Shown here: in pieces, positions 53,219 through 64,000 of the stretch | Position numbering within the stretch: the stretch's first letter is position 1 | Layout: each line of letters begins with the position of its first letter | Assembly: GCF_006345805.1 (NCBI RefSeq) | Contig: NC_043011.1 | Location: forward strand, 52,030,464 to 52,094,463 | Direction: 5' to 3' | Length of the DNA: 64,000 bases | Origin: Octopus sinensis | Taxonomy: Eukaryota | The notes under the pieces: generated by a model | Databases searched by the model: none | Told to the model about the DNA's origin: nothing | Seen by the model: the letters and a program-made list of their open reading frames with translations, nothing else | Translations under genes and position numbers: made by a program

Positions 53219-53555
53219 GAGGCATAATGGTTCAGTGGTTAGGGCAGCAGACTTGTGGTCATAGGATCACAGTTTTGATTCTCTGAGTGTTTATTGAGCG
53301 AAAACACCTAAAGCTCCATGAGGATCTGGCAGGTGGTAGTGGTGAACCCTGCCATACTCTTTCATGTTTCTGTTGTACCTGTATTTCAGAGGGCTAGCCT
53401 TGTCACACTCTGTGTCACACTGAATCTCCCCAAGAACTATGTTAAGGGTATGTGTGTCTATGGAGTGCTCAACCACTTGCACGTTAATTTCACGAGCAGG
53501 TTGTTCCGTTAATCAGATCAACTGGAACCTTCATCAGTATAACTGATGGAGTGCT
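53219..53555 (+). mobile_element. tRNA-derived SINE-like element
   Basis: A-box-like tggttcagtggttagggc head with a decayed B box and a non-tRNA body. Confidence 0.5.
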
Positions 53556-54036
53556 GAAGAAGATATTTACAAGCAGTGGGAAACTAAATCAAAGAAAATG
53601 ATTGGAGTTATTTAGGGAAATCAGGTGATGAATCAGATTTTGATGGATTTTTTTAAGCGATAAACTCATTAAATGAATAATGACTATTGATTTTTAATAT
53701 TTGTATTTTAGTTCTTTTATTTTTGTTGTGTATGTTTATGTGTTTTCAAGTTCGTTTTTAACCCCATAACATCGGTTTTGCCAAAATTTCCTCTCTCTTT
53801 AGGGTTATATCCCAACTAATCTTTGGAAACGTGTGTCCTATCCCAAAGAAAAGCAACACTTATGATCCTTATATGACAGTGGTACTATTATTTGCAATTT
53901 TCATGCAATGACAGGATGAGAAGGCACAAATACACACACACTCACATTTATACGTGTTTGTGTATATACATGTGTTTATGTGTGTGTATGCATATATATA
54001 CATACACATATATATATATATGTGTGTGTGTGTGAA

Positions 54037-54355
54037 GGCGCATGGCTCAATGGTTAGAGCATCGAGCTTACGATCGTGAGGTTGAGTTCGAATCCTGGAC
54101 CAGGCTGCGTGTTGTGTTCTTGAGCAAGATACTTTATTTCACGTTGCTCCTGTTCACTCAGCTGTAGAAATGAGTTGCGACATCACAGGTGCCAAGCTGT
54201 ATCGGTCTTTGCCTTTCCCTTGGATAATACTGGTGGCGTGGAGAGGGGAAGCCGGTATGCATGGGCGACTGCTGGTCTTCCATAAACAACCTCACCTGGG
54301 AGGGTAACTTTCTAAGTGCAATCCCATGGTCAGTCATGACCAGAGGAGATCTCAG
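54037..54355 (+). mobile_element. tRNA-derived SINE inserted in a (TA/TG)n tract
   Basis: A box TGGCTCAATGG, B box GTTCGAATCC, then ttgtgttcttgagcaagatactt body. Confidence 0.7.
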
Positions 54356-55812
54356 CATATATATATATATATATATATATGTGATGGGCTTCTTTCAGCT
54401 TCTGTCTACCAAATCTACTAACATGGCTTTAGTCATTGTGGGGCTATCAGCCTATCACATTCATTTCCAGTACTTAATGTTGATGGAAACAGCCATTAAT
54501 AGCAACATGAATCTCTCCTGCCTTACTCATCTCTAATATGACTTTCATGAAACCAGATTTATTGAAAACTTATCTCCTATGTTATTCACCAGTGAACCCC
54601 TTCTTTTGAGAATTTTGGTGAAACAGTATTGTTACACTTGACATTAGCAGATCAGTAATGCATTCAAGCCATGTCTTTTATATGCAAATCATCTGAAAAA
54701 ACTGTCCACCTGCAGGCTTCATTTCTTTCTCACATTAGTGACCTCCCAGCAGATTGCACCATTGTTGGTTGTGTTTTATCAAACCTTGTGTAACCTCAAG
54801 GTTCAGTTTTGCTCCATAACACTTTTCCTCTGGCACATCAATGACTTACCGTCAACTCCAACAATGCCCACCCCCACACAGATGATGCAACACTTCATTT
54901 CTTTCTAACCTTCTGAATCTAACAGCAGATAACATTTACTTCTATTTTATCTCAACAGACTACTGTATGCCTCTTTAATTTAGCTCCCTAATAAATTATT
55001 GTAGGTCCCTTTTGTTCAATTCCCCAACAGACTACTATGTCCCTTTATTTTATCTTCTCAACAATCTACTGTTTGTCTCTTTAACTCCCTGATAAATTAC
55101 TGCATGTCCCTTTAGTTTGACTCCCCAAGAGACTCTTGTAAGTAACATGAGTTCAATAACCCGCATACTGCCATATTTACTAAGTTAAGTAAAATTTATT
55201 CAGTAGTTAATACATGGGAAAATGACAGACTTGAAATGAGATATTTTAAGCTGACAAGGAATTCTATCTCACTATGTATGGCATGTTAGGAATGCATCTT
55301 CTGTAGCCCAAAAGCAAACAATGCCCTGTGTGTGGACAGGATGGATGGAAACTGTATGGAAACCTGTCATATGTATAATAAATATCTATGTCTGTGTAGG
55401 CATGGCCATGTGTCTCTGTCTGAATGTTTATGGTCTCTCCTTTGCATGAAAGTGTTGAGCTACAAACAGTGTAAGTTAGTGAAATTTCTTGTTCACAAGT
55501 TCAGCACTTTCAGATGAGTGAAACAAAAGAAGTCTCTTACATGAAACACAGATATGGGCTAGTAACAAGAACGATATCAGCTGTAAAATAATACTTCAAT
55601 AATAAGTGTTCATCTTACTCATGTTACCATAGAAAAATGAATGCGAAATGAATGAACAGCAGAGATCCAAGTAGGGAACATTATGGTAGTGAATGGGTTA
55701 AAATAAAACACCAAAAGTTCTTGTCTCGGATGCTTTCTCAACCTGACATGTTTCCAAGATACTTCATTTTTTAAAAAATTTTATTATTAATTTCAAAATA
55801 ATTGGATCAACA

Positions 55813-56556
55813 TCAACTCTTCAGTTTCTCCTCTGATTCTTTAGCGAGAGTTTCCTTCATAAAATCTCTTCGAGCAGTCATTGGTAGAGATTTCATTCGA
55901 ACAGAAATCTTTGTGTTGCCAAATGGTGTGTAAATTTTCTTGCCATCTTCACCAAGCAAAGCATACAATGCTGCATTTCTTTGCAGCAACAAGTTATAAA
56001 ATTCTATTCCGCCTTCAATATAATCCTTCCCTAATTTTGCAGCTTTCGAATCGGCATGCTGGTCTCTCCGGCGCTGGTAAATATCATGCATAAATAAGTA
56101 GCTTCCTAAGGCCATAAAGTAGAAGGAACTAGCCAGGAAAATCTTGCCAAACCACTTCATCCTATGATTGAGGCGATAAAGGCCATCCATTGCAAAATAA
56201 GCACAATAAAATGCACTCATGTTGAACACCAATAGACTGCAATCAATGGAGATGCTGTGGTCTGCAGCATAATAAATTTCTCGTGCAATAGCAAACTTTT
56301 TAGCTTTGTCGCTCATAATTATAGAATTTGAAAATTTCTGTCCATTTTCAGTATTCCAATCAATAGATTTGTTTTTCAGCTTTAGGTGTGTTGTATGGAT
56401 GTCTGACAATTGTTTGTAGCTGAAGAAGATCGGGAGGCCGACTATGGCACCACTCTTCATGTTTAAACTACCTTTGTGAATGACGTCCTGGCCATAGTTA
56501 ACAAACATTTCAAGTCTACTCTCCAAATGAGGATCAAGGTTTATTTTGAAAAGTGT
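55813..56556 (-). CDS. TMEM177: TMEM177 last coding exon (mitochondrial inner-membrane protein family)
   Basis: TTTACAG acceptor. AKKFAIAREI and GGIEFYxxLLQRNxALxxLLGEDGKKIYTPFGN...LPxTARRD motifs match the TMEM177 family. AATAAA at 55785-55780. Confidence 0.9.
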   Translation of the reverse strand, partial: TLFKINLDPHLESRLEMFVNYGQDVIHKGSLNMKSGAIVGLPIFFSYKQLSDIHTTHLKLKNKSIDWNTENGQKFSNSIIMSDKAKKFAIAREIYYAADHSISIDCSLLVFNMSAFYCAYFAMDGLYRLNHRMKWFGKIFLASSFYFMALGSYLFMHDIYQRRRDQHADSKAAKLGKDYIEGGIEFYNLLLQRNAALYALLGEDGKKIYTPFGNTKISVRMKSLPMTARRDFMKETLAKESEEKLKS

Positions 56557-57067
56557 CTGTAAAGACAAAGAAGAGAAATAAAAACATTGAATAAATGCCA
56601 AAAAACAACGACAACAAAACATTTGAACAAAATAATAATAATCATAATGATAATAATAATAACTGCTTCTATTATAGGCACAAGGCTTACAATTTTGGGG
56701 AAGGGTGCAAGTAAATCACATTGACTCAGTTACTCAACTGGTACTTATTTTATTGACCCCGAAAAGATGGAAGGCAAAGTCAACCTTGGTGGAATTTGAA
56801 CCCAGAATGTAAAGATAGACAGAATACTGCAAAGCATTTTGTCCAGCATGCTAACAATTTTACCAACTTGCCACCTTAATAGTAATAACAATGATGATTT
56901 CAAATTTTGGCACAAGGCCAGCAATTTCGGAGGAGGGGTAAGTCGATTACACTTGACTGGTACTTGTTTTAACAACTTGGTGGAATTGAACCCAGAACAT
57001 AAAGACAGACAAAATGCTGCTAAGCAATTTGTCCAGCCTGATAACAATTCTGCCAGCTTGCCACTTG

Positions 57068-58345
57068 CTAATTTGACACAAGGCCAGCAATTTTGAGGAA
57101 TCACTTGAATAATTGCTTAAATACTCTAATTTGACACAAGGCCAGCAATTTTGAGGAATCACTTGAATACTCTAATTTGACACAAGGCCAGCAATTTTGA
57201 GGAATCACTTGAATAATCGCTTAAATACTCTAATTTGACACAAGGCCAGCAATTTTGAGGAATTACTTGAATAATTGCTTGAATACTCTAATTTGACACA
57301 AGGCCAGCAATTTTGAGGAATCACTTGAATAATTGCTTGAATACTCTAATTTGACACAAGGCCAGCAATTTTGAGGAATCACTTGAATAATCGCTTAAAT
57401 ACTAATTTGACACAAGGCCAGCAATTTTGAGGAATCACTTGAATAATTGCTTGAATACTCTAATTTGACACAAGGCCAGCAATTTTGAGGAATCACTTGA
57501 ATAATCGCTTAAATACTCTAATTTGACACAAGGCCAGCAATTTTGAGGAATCACTTGAATATTGCTTGAATACTCTAATTGACACAAGGCCAGCAATTTT
57601 GAGGAATCACTTGAATAATCGCTTAAATACTCTAATTTGACACAAGGCCAGCAATTTTGAGGAATCACTTGAATAATTGCTTGAATACTCTAATTTGACA
57701 CAAGGCCAGCAATTTTGAGGAATCACTTGAATAATCGCTTAAATACTCTAATTTGACACAAGGCCAGCAATTTTGAGGAATTACTTGAATAATCGCTTAA
57801 ATACTCTAATTTGACACAAGGCCAGCAATTTTGAGGAATTACTTGAATAATTGCTTGAATACTCTAATTTGACACAAGGCCAGCAATTTTGAGGAATCAC
57901 TTGAATAATTGCTTGAATACTCTAATTTGACACAAGGCCAGCAATTTTGAGGAATCACTTGAATAATCGCTTAAATACTCTAATTTGACACAAGGCCAGC
58001 AATTTTGAGGAATTACTTGAATAATCGCTTGAATACTCTAATTTGACACAAGGCCAGCAATTTTGAGGAATCACTTGAATAATTGCTTGAATATTCTAAT
58101 TTGACACAAGGCCAGCAATTTTGAGGAATCACTTGAATAATCGCTTGAATACTCTAATTTGACACAAGGCCAGCAATTTTGAGGAATCACTTGAATAATT
58201 GCTTGAATACTCTAATTTGACACAAGGCCAGCAATTTTGAGGAATCACTTGAATAATTGCTTGAATACTCTAATTTGACACAAGGCCAGCAATTTTGAGG
58301 AATCACTTGAATACTCTAATTTGACACAAGGCCAGCAATTTTGAG
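57068..58345. repeat. 58-bp minisatellite, about 22-23 units, in the TMEM177 intron
   Basis: Unit ctaatttgacacaaggccagcaattttgaggaatcacttgaataattgcttgaatact; 23 occurrences of cacaaggccagc counted by eye. Confidence 0.95.
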
Positions 58346-59050
58346 AAAGATGAAAAGCAAAGACCACATCAACAGAATTTGATCTTGGAACATAAAGCTG
58401 GAAGAAATTCCACTAAGCATTTTGTCCGGCATGCTAGCAATCCTGCCAGTTCCCTATCTTTATAATAGTAATTCCTTTCTTCTACAAGCATTAAACCTGA
58501 AACCCTGTAAGAGTGGGCTAGTTGACTGCATCAACCCCCAACTCTGAAAGGATGAAAGGCAAAGTCGATCTTGGTGGAATTTGAATTCAGAATGTAAAGA
58601 CGGACAAAACACACTAAGCATTTTGTCCAGCATTCTAATGATTCTGTTAGCTTGCAGCTTTAATAACAATAATAATAATAATAATTTCTTTTATTTGCCA
58701 CCAGGGCAAAAGATGAGGAGGACAATACAAAGACAGGCATAAGGTGTGGGGTTTTACATATAATGAAATGATAGAAAAAGGAAGTATATACAGTATACAA
58801 TAAACAAAAAAAAGGAAAGTATACACAATATACAATGGAAGAAAAAAATGATAGTGATGTAGTCCTCCTGGTACAGGAGGGCCTCTAAGGATAATCGAGG
58901 AACCCCACCATCTACGATCTCACTGAACATCAACGACAGAAAAAAAAAAGAATTCTTTCTAATTTTGGGGGAGGGGATAGCTGATTACATTGACCCCAGT
59001 GTTCAACTGGTACTTATTTTAATAATAATAATGATAATGATAATAACAAT

Positions 59051-59960
59051 AGGAAGGAAGATTGTAAAGATAAAGTACTGTACAAGCAGTTGAGAATGAA
59101 TGAAACTGAAAATAGGTGGATAAAGAAAAGAATGCAGGGACAATTTCATAGGGATGTTGAAGATAGAACAGACAGAGAAAAAAGATGGCTATGGATGATT
59201 AAAAGTGATTTAAAACCAGAAACAAAGGCTCTAATCTGTGCTGCCCAAGAGCAAGCATTAATAACCAATTACATCAAATACAGAATAGACAACACATCTG
59301 AAAGTGATAAGTGCAGAATTTTTGGACGAAATGGTGAAACCGTATGGCATATTACCAGTCAATAATGTATGCCACTAGCCCAGAAAGAATATAAGAGATG
59401 TCATAACAACAAAGCAAGGATTGTCCATTGGACACTTTGCAACAAATATGGACTTGACAGAGGAGAAAAGTGGTACGAACATAAACCCAAAGACATCATT
59501 GAATATGATAATGCAAAAATCCAATGGGATTTTATGATTCAGTGTGACCATGAGATAGAAAAGGAAACCAGACATAGTGTTAATTGAGAAAGAAAGCAAA
59601 CGATGCTGGGTCATAGATATAGAATGCCCAGCTGACAACAGGGTATGTGATAAGGAAGAAAGAAAAGTTGATAGACACGACAGGTTAGCTTGGGAGGTTA
59701 AGCAGTTGTGGTTGCTGAAAAAGGTGGTAGTAGTACCAATAATTGTTGGAGCCCTGGGAACAGTGAGTAAAAATCTTGAGAAGTACATGGAACAAATAGG
59801 GGCTGCAATAAGGTTGGAGCAATTGCAGAAAACAGCACTGCTTGGAATTGCTTGAATACTCTGGATGGTGCTTGAAAACTAAAGGGTGTTACCTTAGTTC
59901 ACTGGTAGTGAACAGCTCACACCGTAGTACATCTCCAGCATTAGAAATTGTGCAAAGACA
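59051..59960 (+). mobile_element. 5'-truncated R4/Dong-clade non-LTR retrotransposon (zinc knuckle and restriction-like endonuclease)
   Basis: AAQEQAL, KCRxxGxxGETVWHI, WDFMIQCDH, PDIVLIE...VIDIECP, VPIIVGALG and QKTALLG. Flanked by (TAA)n-like tracts. Confidence 0.8.
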
Positions 59961-60173
59961 ATAAAATAACAACAATAATCCTCTTCTTTTTTTTATTATA
60001 GGCACAAGGCCAGTAATTTTTGTGGAGAGAGAGAGAGAGGACAATTAGTGATCCTAGTAATTGACTGGTGTTTTACTTTTTTGACTCAATAAGAAAAAGA
60101 GGAGGGGAAGGGGAGTGAGTGGAGGAAGAAGAAAAGAAGAGAGCCTAGCTGCAGGTCTTACAGAGAAACCTAC

Positions 60174-60350
60174 CTCTTCTATAAGTTCATTGGTGTCATC
60201 GTCTATTGGTTTTGGTTTTGTTGCATCATAGAACTGGAAAAATTCTTTGTATTTGGTAATTCCCAAAGTCTCAGGAATGGCTTTGATGACAGCTGTGACG
60301 GAGACAACAACTGCAGCAATGGCCTGGCTGCGAAAAGTATTTGATGCCAT
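60174..60350 (-). CDS. TMEM177: TMEM177 first coding exon (MASNTFRSQAIA...DTNELIEE); spliced protein 306 aa
   Basis: ATG at 60350, GTAGGT donor in phase 0. A TTTCAG acceptor 27 nt upstream of the ATG implies a further 5' UTR exon that I did not locate. Confidence 0.8.
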
Positions 60351-61067
60351 CTTCTAAAGATTCTTGATTTTACTCAGCTGAAATGGTAGAAAGAAAACAG
60401 CAATTAAAGATGAAAAACCAAACCCAAACTGTTGCTTTCTAATAAAAATACCCTCTGTGGGATTTGTTCCCTCCCGAGTTCCAGAGACATCCCCTAGTCA
60501 CTGTTAAAAATACGATGAGCAAGTGATTGGTTGATTGAAAACCTACACCCAAAAGCACTGTTGTTAACCAGCTACAAATATATAATAAACTTAAGTCTGG
60601 TATGTTACCATTTCTGCCATCTTGGGAGAAAAATTACATTTCTAGACAGTTTCAACAAACCAGTCAACAGAAAAGCAGGCTTGGAATTTGTCTGTCAAAG
60701 GCATCAGTTCCCTGCTTCAATATGTGGCAAGATTTTGCACAGCTGTGAAATGACAAGATCAATCTAAAGATAACACTGGCTACAAGGAGAAAGAAAAATG
60801 TCCCTTGAGTGAGGCAATGTCTCCTATTTTAATGAAATCTCAAGACAGGAGCAATGGTGGATGGATAATAACAAAACTTGAGATGACGGCAACTTACTTA
60901 TTACATACAACGGCTGTGTTGAAGTGAGAAGCAGTCATGGTGGTGGTGGGGAGTAGTAATAGAGTGTATATAAATAAAAATGATGAGGGGATGGGGGTAG
61001 TTTAAAGTGTAACAGTTGTCACTGGCAAATGTCACACCAGAAACCTTTGTGGATGTGTGTGTGTGTT

Positions 61068-61447
61068 TGTTTCAGTCATTTGACTGCGGCCATGCTGGAG
61101 CACCGTCTTTAGTCGAGCAAATCGACCCCAGGACTTATTCTTTGTAAGCCTGGTACTTATTCTATCGGTCTCTTTTGCCGAACCGCTAATTTACGGCGAC
61201 GTAAACAGACCAGCATCGGTTGTCAAGCGATGTTGGATGGACAAACACAGACACACAAACATATACATACACACATATACATATATATGACGGGCTTCTT
61301 TCAGTTTCCGTCTACCAAATCCACTCACAAGGCTTTGGTCGACCCGAGGCTATAGTAGAAGACACTTGCCCAAGGTGCCATGCAGTGGGACTGAACCCGG
61401 AACCATGTGGTTGGTAAACAAGCTACTTACCACACAGCCACTCCTAT
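61068..61447 (-). mobile_element. Family A SINE, full length
   Basis: Reverse complement of the 32443 copy. Confidence 0.85.
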
Positions 61448-61819
61448 GCCTACATGTGATCATCATCAAAACCGATAGAATAAGTATTAGGCTTACAAAG
61501 AATAATTCCTGGGGTCGATTTGCTCGACTAAAGGCAGTGGTCCAGCATGGTCACAGACAAATGACTGAAACAAGTAAAAGAATGTGTGTGTTTGTATGTA
61601 TATATGTATATGGTGGCTGCCCCCTCGTTATCAAGTATGGCCATTGCATGAAGCTTAATCAATGTTGTTATCATGCAATGCCTGTGCAAGAAGATTTTTT
61701 TTTTTAAAGTGAGGAAATGCTGTGCACTGAGTCAATCCCACTCACTAAGCAACAGCAGCCATAATCCGAAAAGAAGAACAAGTCAACATCATCAGTAACC
61801 ACAGGTTTTATATCGGAGT

Positions 61820-62070
61820 TATCCCAGTTACCTGAGTTACCTTCTCCTAGAAGGATGCCCTAACAAAGACATTTATTGGATGGCCGTTGACTCTCAAGAG
61901 TTCCTCCGCCCTTTGACGGGTTTTGTTTTTCATTCTGCAGGGTGTCCAATAAACACCCTCCTCACCAAGCAAGGCTTAGTGGGGTTGCCGGTTTAGTCGC
62001 CGACGACCCGACCATGCAACAGGTTGTACTGGGTTACATGTTACCAGTAGCACTCGAAAGTGACCTGACA
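61820..62070. repeat. Interspersed repeat, also present diverged at about 3690-3900; possibly a LINE 5' UTR
   Basis: ggatggcc.ttgact...gccctttgac.ggtt.tg.ttttcattctgcag...gtgacc is shared between the two sites. Confidence 0.55.
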
Positions 62071-63017
62071 TAGTATATATATATATATATACATACACAC
62101 ATATATATATATATAGTACTAAATTAGATTTGAATTTGGGACTGTTATATTTAAACTAATGGTAGTAACATTCTTAATCACAAGGCCACTGACACATATA
62201 TTTAATGTTGCACATTTAGGTCATTTAGCTGCTTCCATTTCTACTGATGAAGTTAACAGTACAAAAAACAAAAAAAATAACAACTATTGAAAACAAAAAG
62301 TTTTTCCCATGAACATGAAATAACTTGAAATTGGTTGGAAGTGTTAAAACCCACAACACAAGTTGCTGGCCAAATAAGCCTACATCAACCACAACAACAA
62401 CAGCATGAAGATGAAGAAGGATAATCCACCCAACATGATGACATCTTGGCCTTCAAGTGATAAATTTCTTTGTGAAAGTTGGCTCCTATTTGACAAGAGG
62501 AATAAAATTAGCTAACTGACACAAGGTTCACGTTTCATTGTAGACAAGAGAGATTTTGATTAAAGGTCAGCGTGTAACATTTAACACTGAAGGTTTGACT
62601 TAACGGTCAACCATAAGATAGGTGAGTATTACTGTTTGAGAGAGAACAAATGACTAAATAAATAAATAAATAAATAAAGGAGTTAATATGGTAATTATCA
62701 GTGGATTTTTGTTTGTGTTGAGAAGATGAATGTTTGCCCACTTGGATGGGCCACATTATTTTTGGCTTATAAATGGCAAAAAGGCTTGTTTGTTATAAGA
62801 AGTAGAAATAATTCTAGTTACTAAGCTCTACCAAAATATAGCCAATTGTTTTTACTTCCTGTAACTAATAGACATCACCAATAAATTATAAACCTATCAC
62901 TTGTTTTCTCTTTTGAATCTCTCAATGAGATTTGAGATAGGCTTATACAGAGTCAAAATAACAAAACATAAATTGCCTCTTTAAAGTTGTGGATGTATAT
63001 ATATATGTGTGTGTGTA

Positions 63018-63388
63018 CTCTTTTATTTGTTTCAGTCATTTGACTGCGGCCATGCTGGAGCACCGCCTTTAGTCAAGCAAATCGACCCCAGGACTTATTC
63101 TTTGTAAGCCTAGTACTTATTCTATTGGTCTCTTTTGCCGAACTGCTAAGTTACAGGGACGTAAACACACCAGCATCGGTTGTCAAGCGATGTTGGGGGG
63201 ACAAACACAGACACACATACATATACATATATATGACGGGCTTCTTTCAGTTTCCGTCTACCAAACCCATTCACTAGACTTTGGTCAGCCCGAGGCTCTA
63301 GTAGAAGACACTTGCCCAAGGTGCCACGTAGTGGGACTGAACTCGGAACCATGTGGTTCGTAAGCAAGCTACTTACCACACAGCCGCT
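63018..63388 (-). mobile_element. Family A SINE, full length
   Basis: Closely similar to 61068-61447. Confidence 0.85.
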
Positions 63389-63399
63389 CCAACACACGA

Positions 63400-63433
<34 letters not shown>

Positions 63434-63747
63434 TCATACACGCAATTGCATTTATAGACACCTGTCTGCTACACAGGTGCCAAACCCAAACCCACTGCAT
63501 TCTTACTGTTCTTTCCAGTAACAGCTCAGGTTGGAAACCAGCCATAATTGAAAAAAATAATAATAAATAATCTGCCTGATATTGGAGGTCTGTCACTGTT
63601 AGCTAGGGCTTGAATGCTCCGTTCCTCACCGCAAAGAGGCATAATTTAAACTTAAAACACAAAGTGCCACAACAGATACTGCAAGTTATCTTATCAGACA
63701 AGAACAAATCTGATAATTCACAACACAGGACTACCAGCTTGTATAAG

Positions 63748-64000
63748 ACTAGCAGCATCGCCTGGCGTTGCTCGGGTTTGTAAGGGAAATAACTATATAA
63801 GCATTTTTAGAGAGTTATAGCCAAAAAATAGCAAAAAAATTATGGTAAATTTTTTTTTAAATCGTTGACTCATCGTAGACATTTTTAGAGAGTTACTTCC
63901 CTTATATAATAGCGAAAAAATGCATTAAAATGGAAAAAAATGATGGTAAATTTTTTTTTAAATCGTAGACGCGCGCTAATACCCAGAAGGGCTCGATATG
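63748..64000 (+). mobile_element. Non-autonomous Helitron/Helentron-like repeat with internal subrepeats; runs off the window
   Basis: Starts actagc...cgcctggcgttgctcggg. Inverted motif aagggaaataact / agttacttccctt. Duplicated catttttagagagtta and tatggtaaatttttttttaaatcgt blocks. Confidence 0.5.

Noticed and set aside
54037-54110. tRNA gene (also heads at 32443, 53219, 61447 and 63388)
   Set aside because: A and B boxes are present, but there is no acceptor stem or poly-T terminator, and the sequence continues into SINE-type bodies.
56557-56622. N-terminus of the 269-aa ORF taken as the TMEM177 start
   Set aside because: It is the intronic polypyrimidine tract; the reading frame is entered through the acceptor at 56557-56558 from the exon at 60174-60350.
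57068-58345. CRISPR array
   Set aside because: Units are contiguous near-identical tandem copies with no unique spacers, there are no cas genes, and the context is a eukaryotic intron.
61960-62070. HDV-like ribozyme at a putative LINE 5' end
   Set aside because: Short stems are visible (tactgg/ccagta), but I could not build the nested double pseudoknot by eye; it needs a descriptor search.
62244-62270. Hammerhead core at ctgatgaag
   Set aside because: No stem II or correctly spaced GAAA box follows.

Overview
AT-rich, repeat-dense eukaryotic DNA, not prokaryotic. The SINE repertoire and the (TA)n/(ATT)n/(CAT)n microsatellites suggest an octopod cephalopod (inference). I reconstructed four intron-containing genes by hand from GT-AG sites, phase continuity and protein motifs: (1) the last 8 coding exons of VPS41 (+, 182-10231, ending in a RING-H2 finger); (2) a complete TMEM9-family gene (-, 40798-12936), tail-to-tail with VPS41; (3) a complete 137-aa, 10-Cys, probably GPI-anchored Ly6/three-finger (quiver/sleepless-like) gene (+, 48112-51914); (4) TMEM177 (-, 60350-55813). 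The rest is tRNA-derived SINEs, decayed Tx1/RTE/CR1/R4-Dong LINEs, a Gypsy remnant, mariner/hAT/piggyBac MITEs and a 58-bp minisatellite. The most notable non-obvious signals are: five minimal hammerhead-ribozyme-like motifs next to (TA)n tracts, two with Penelope-type fold-back ends, all in TMEM9 introns; an inverted pair of closely similar repeat copies bracketing the 210-nt in-frame TMEM9 exon 2+3 block; candidate in-frame micro-exons; and several perfect hairpins. No alignment, folding or database search was run. Family names come from recognised motifs, and repeat boundaries are approximate.
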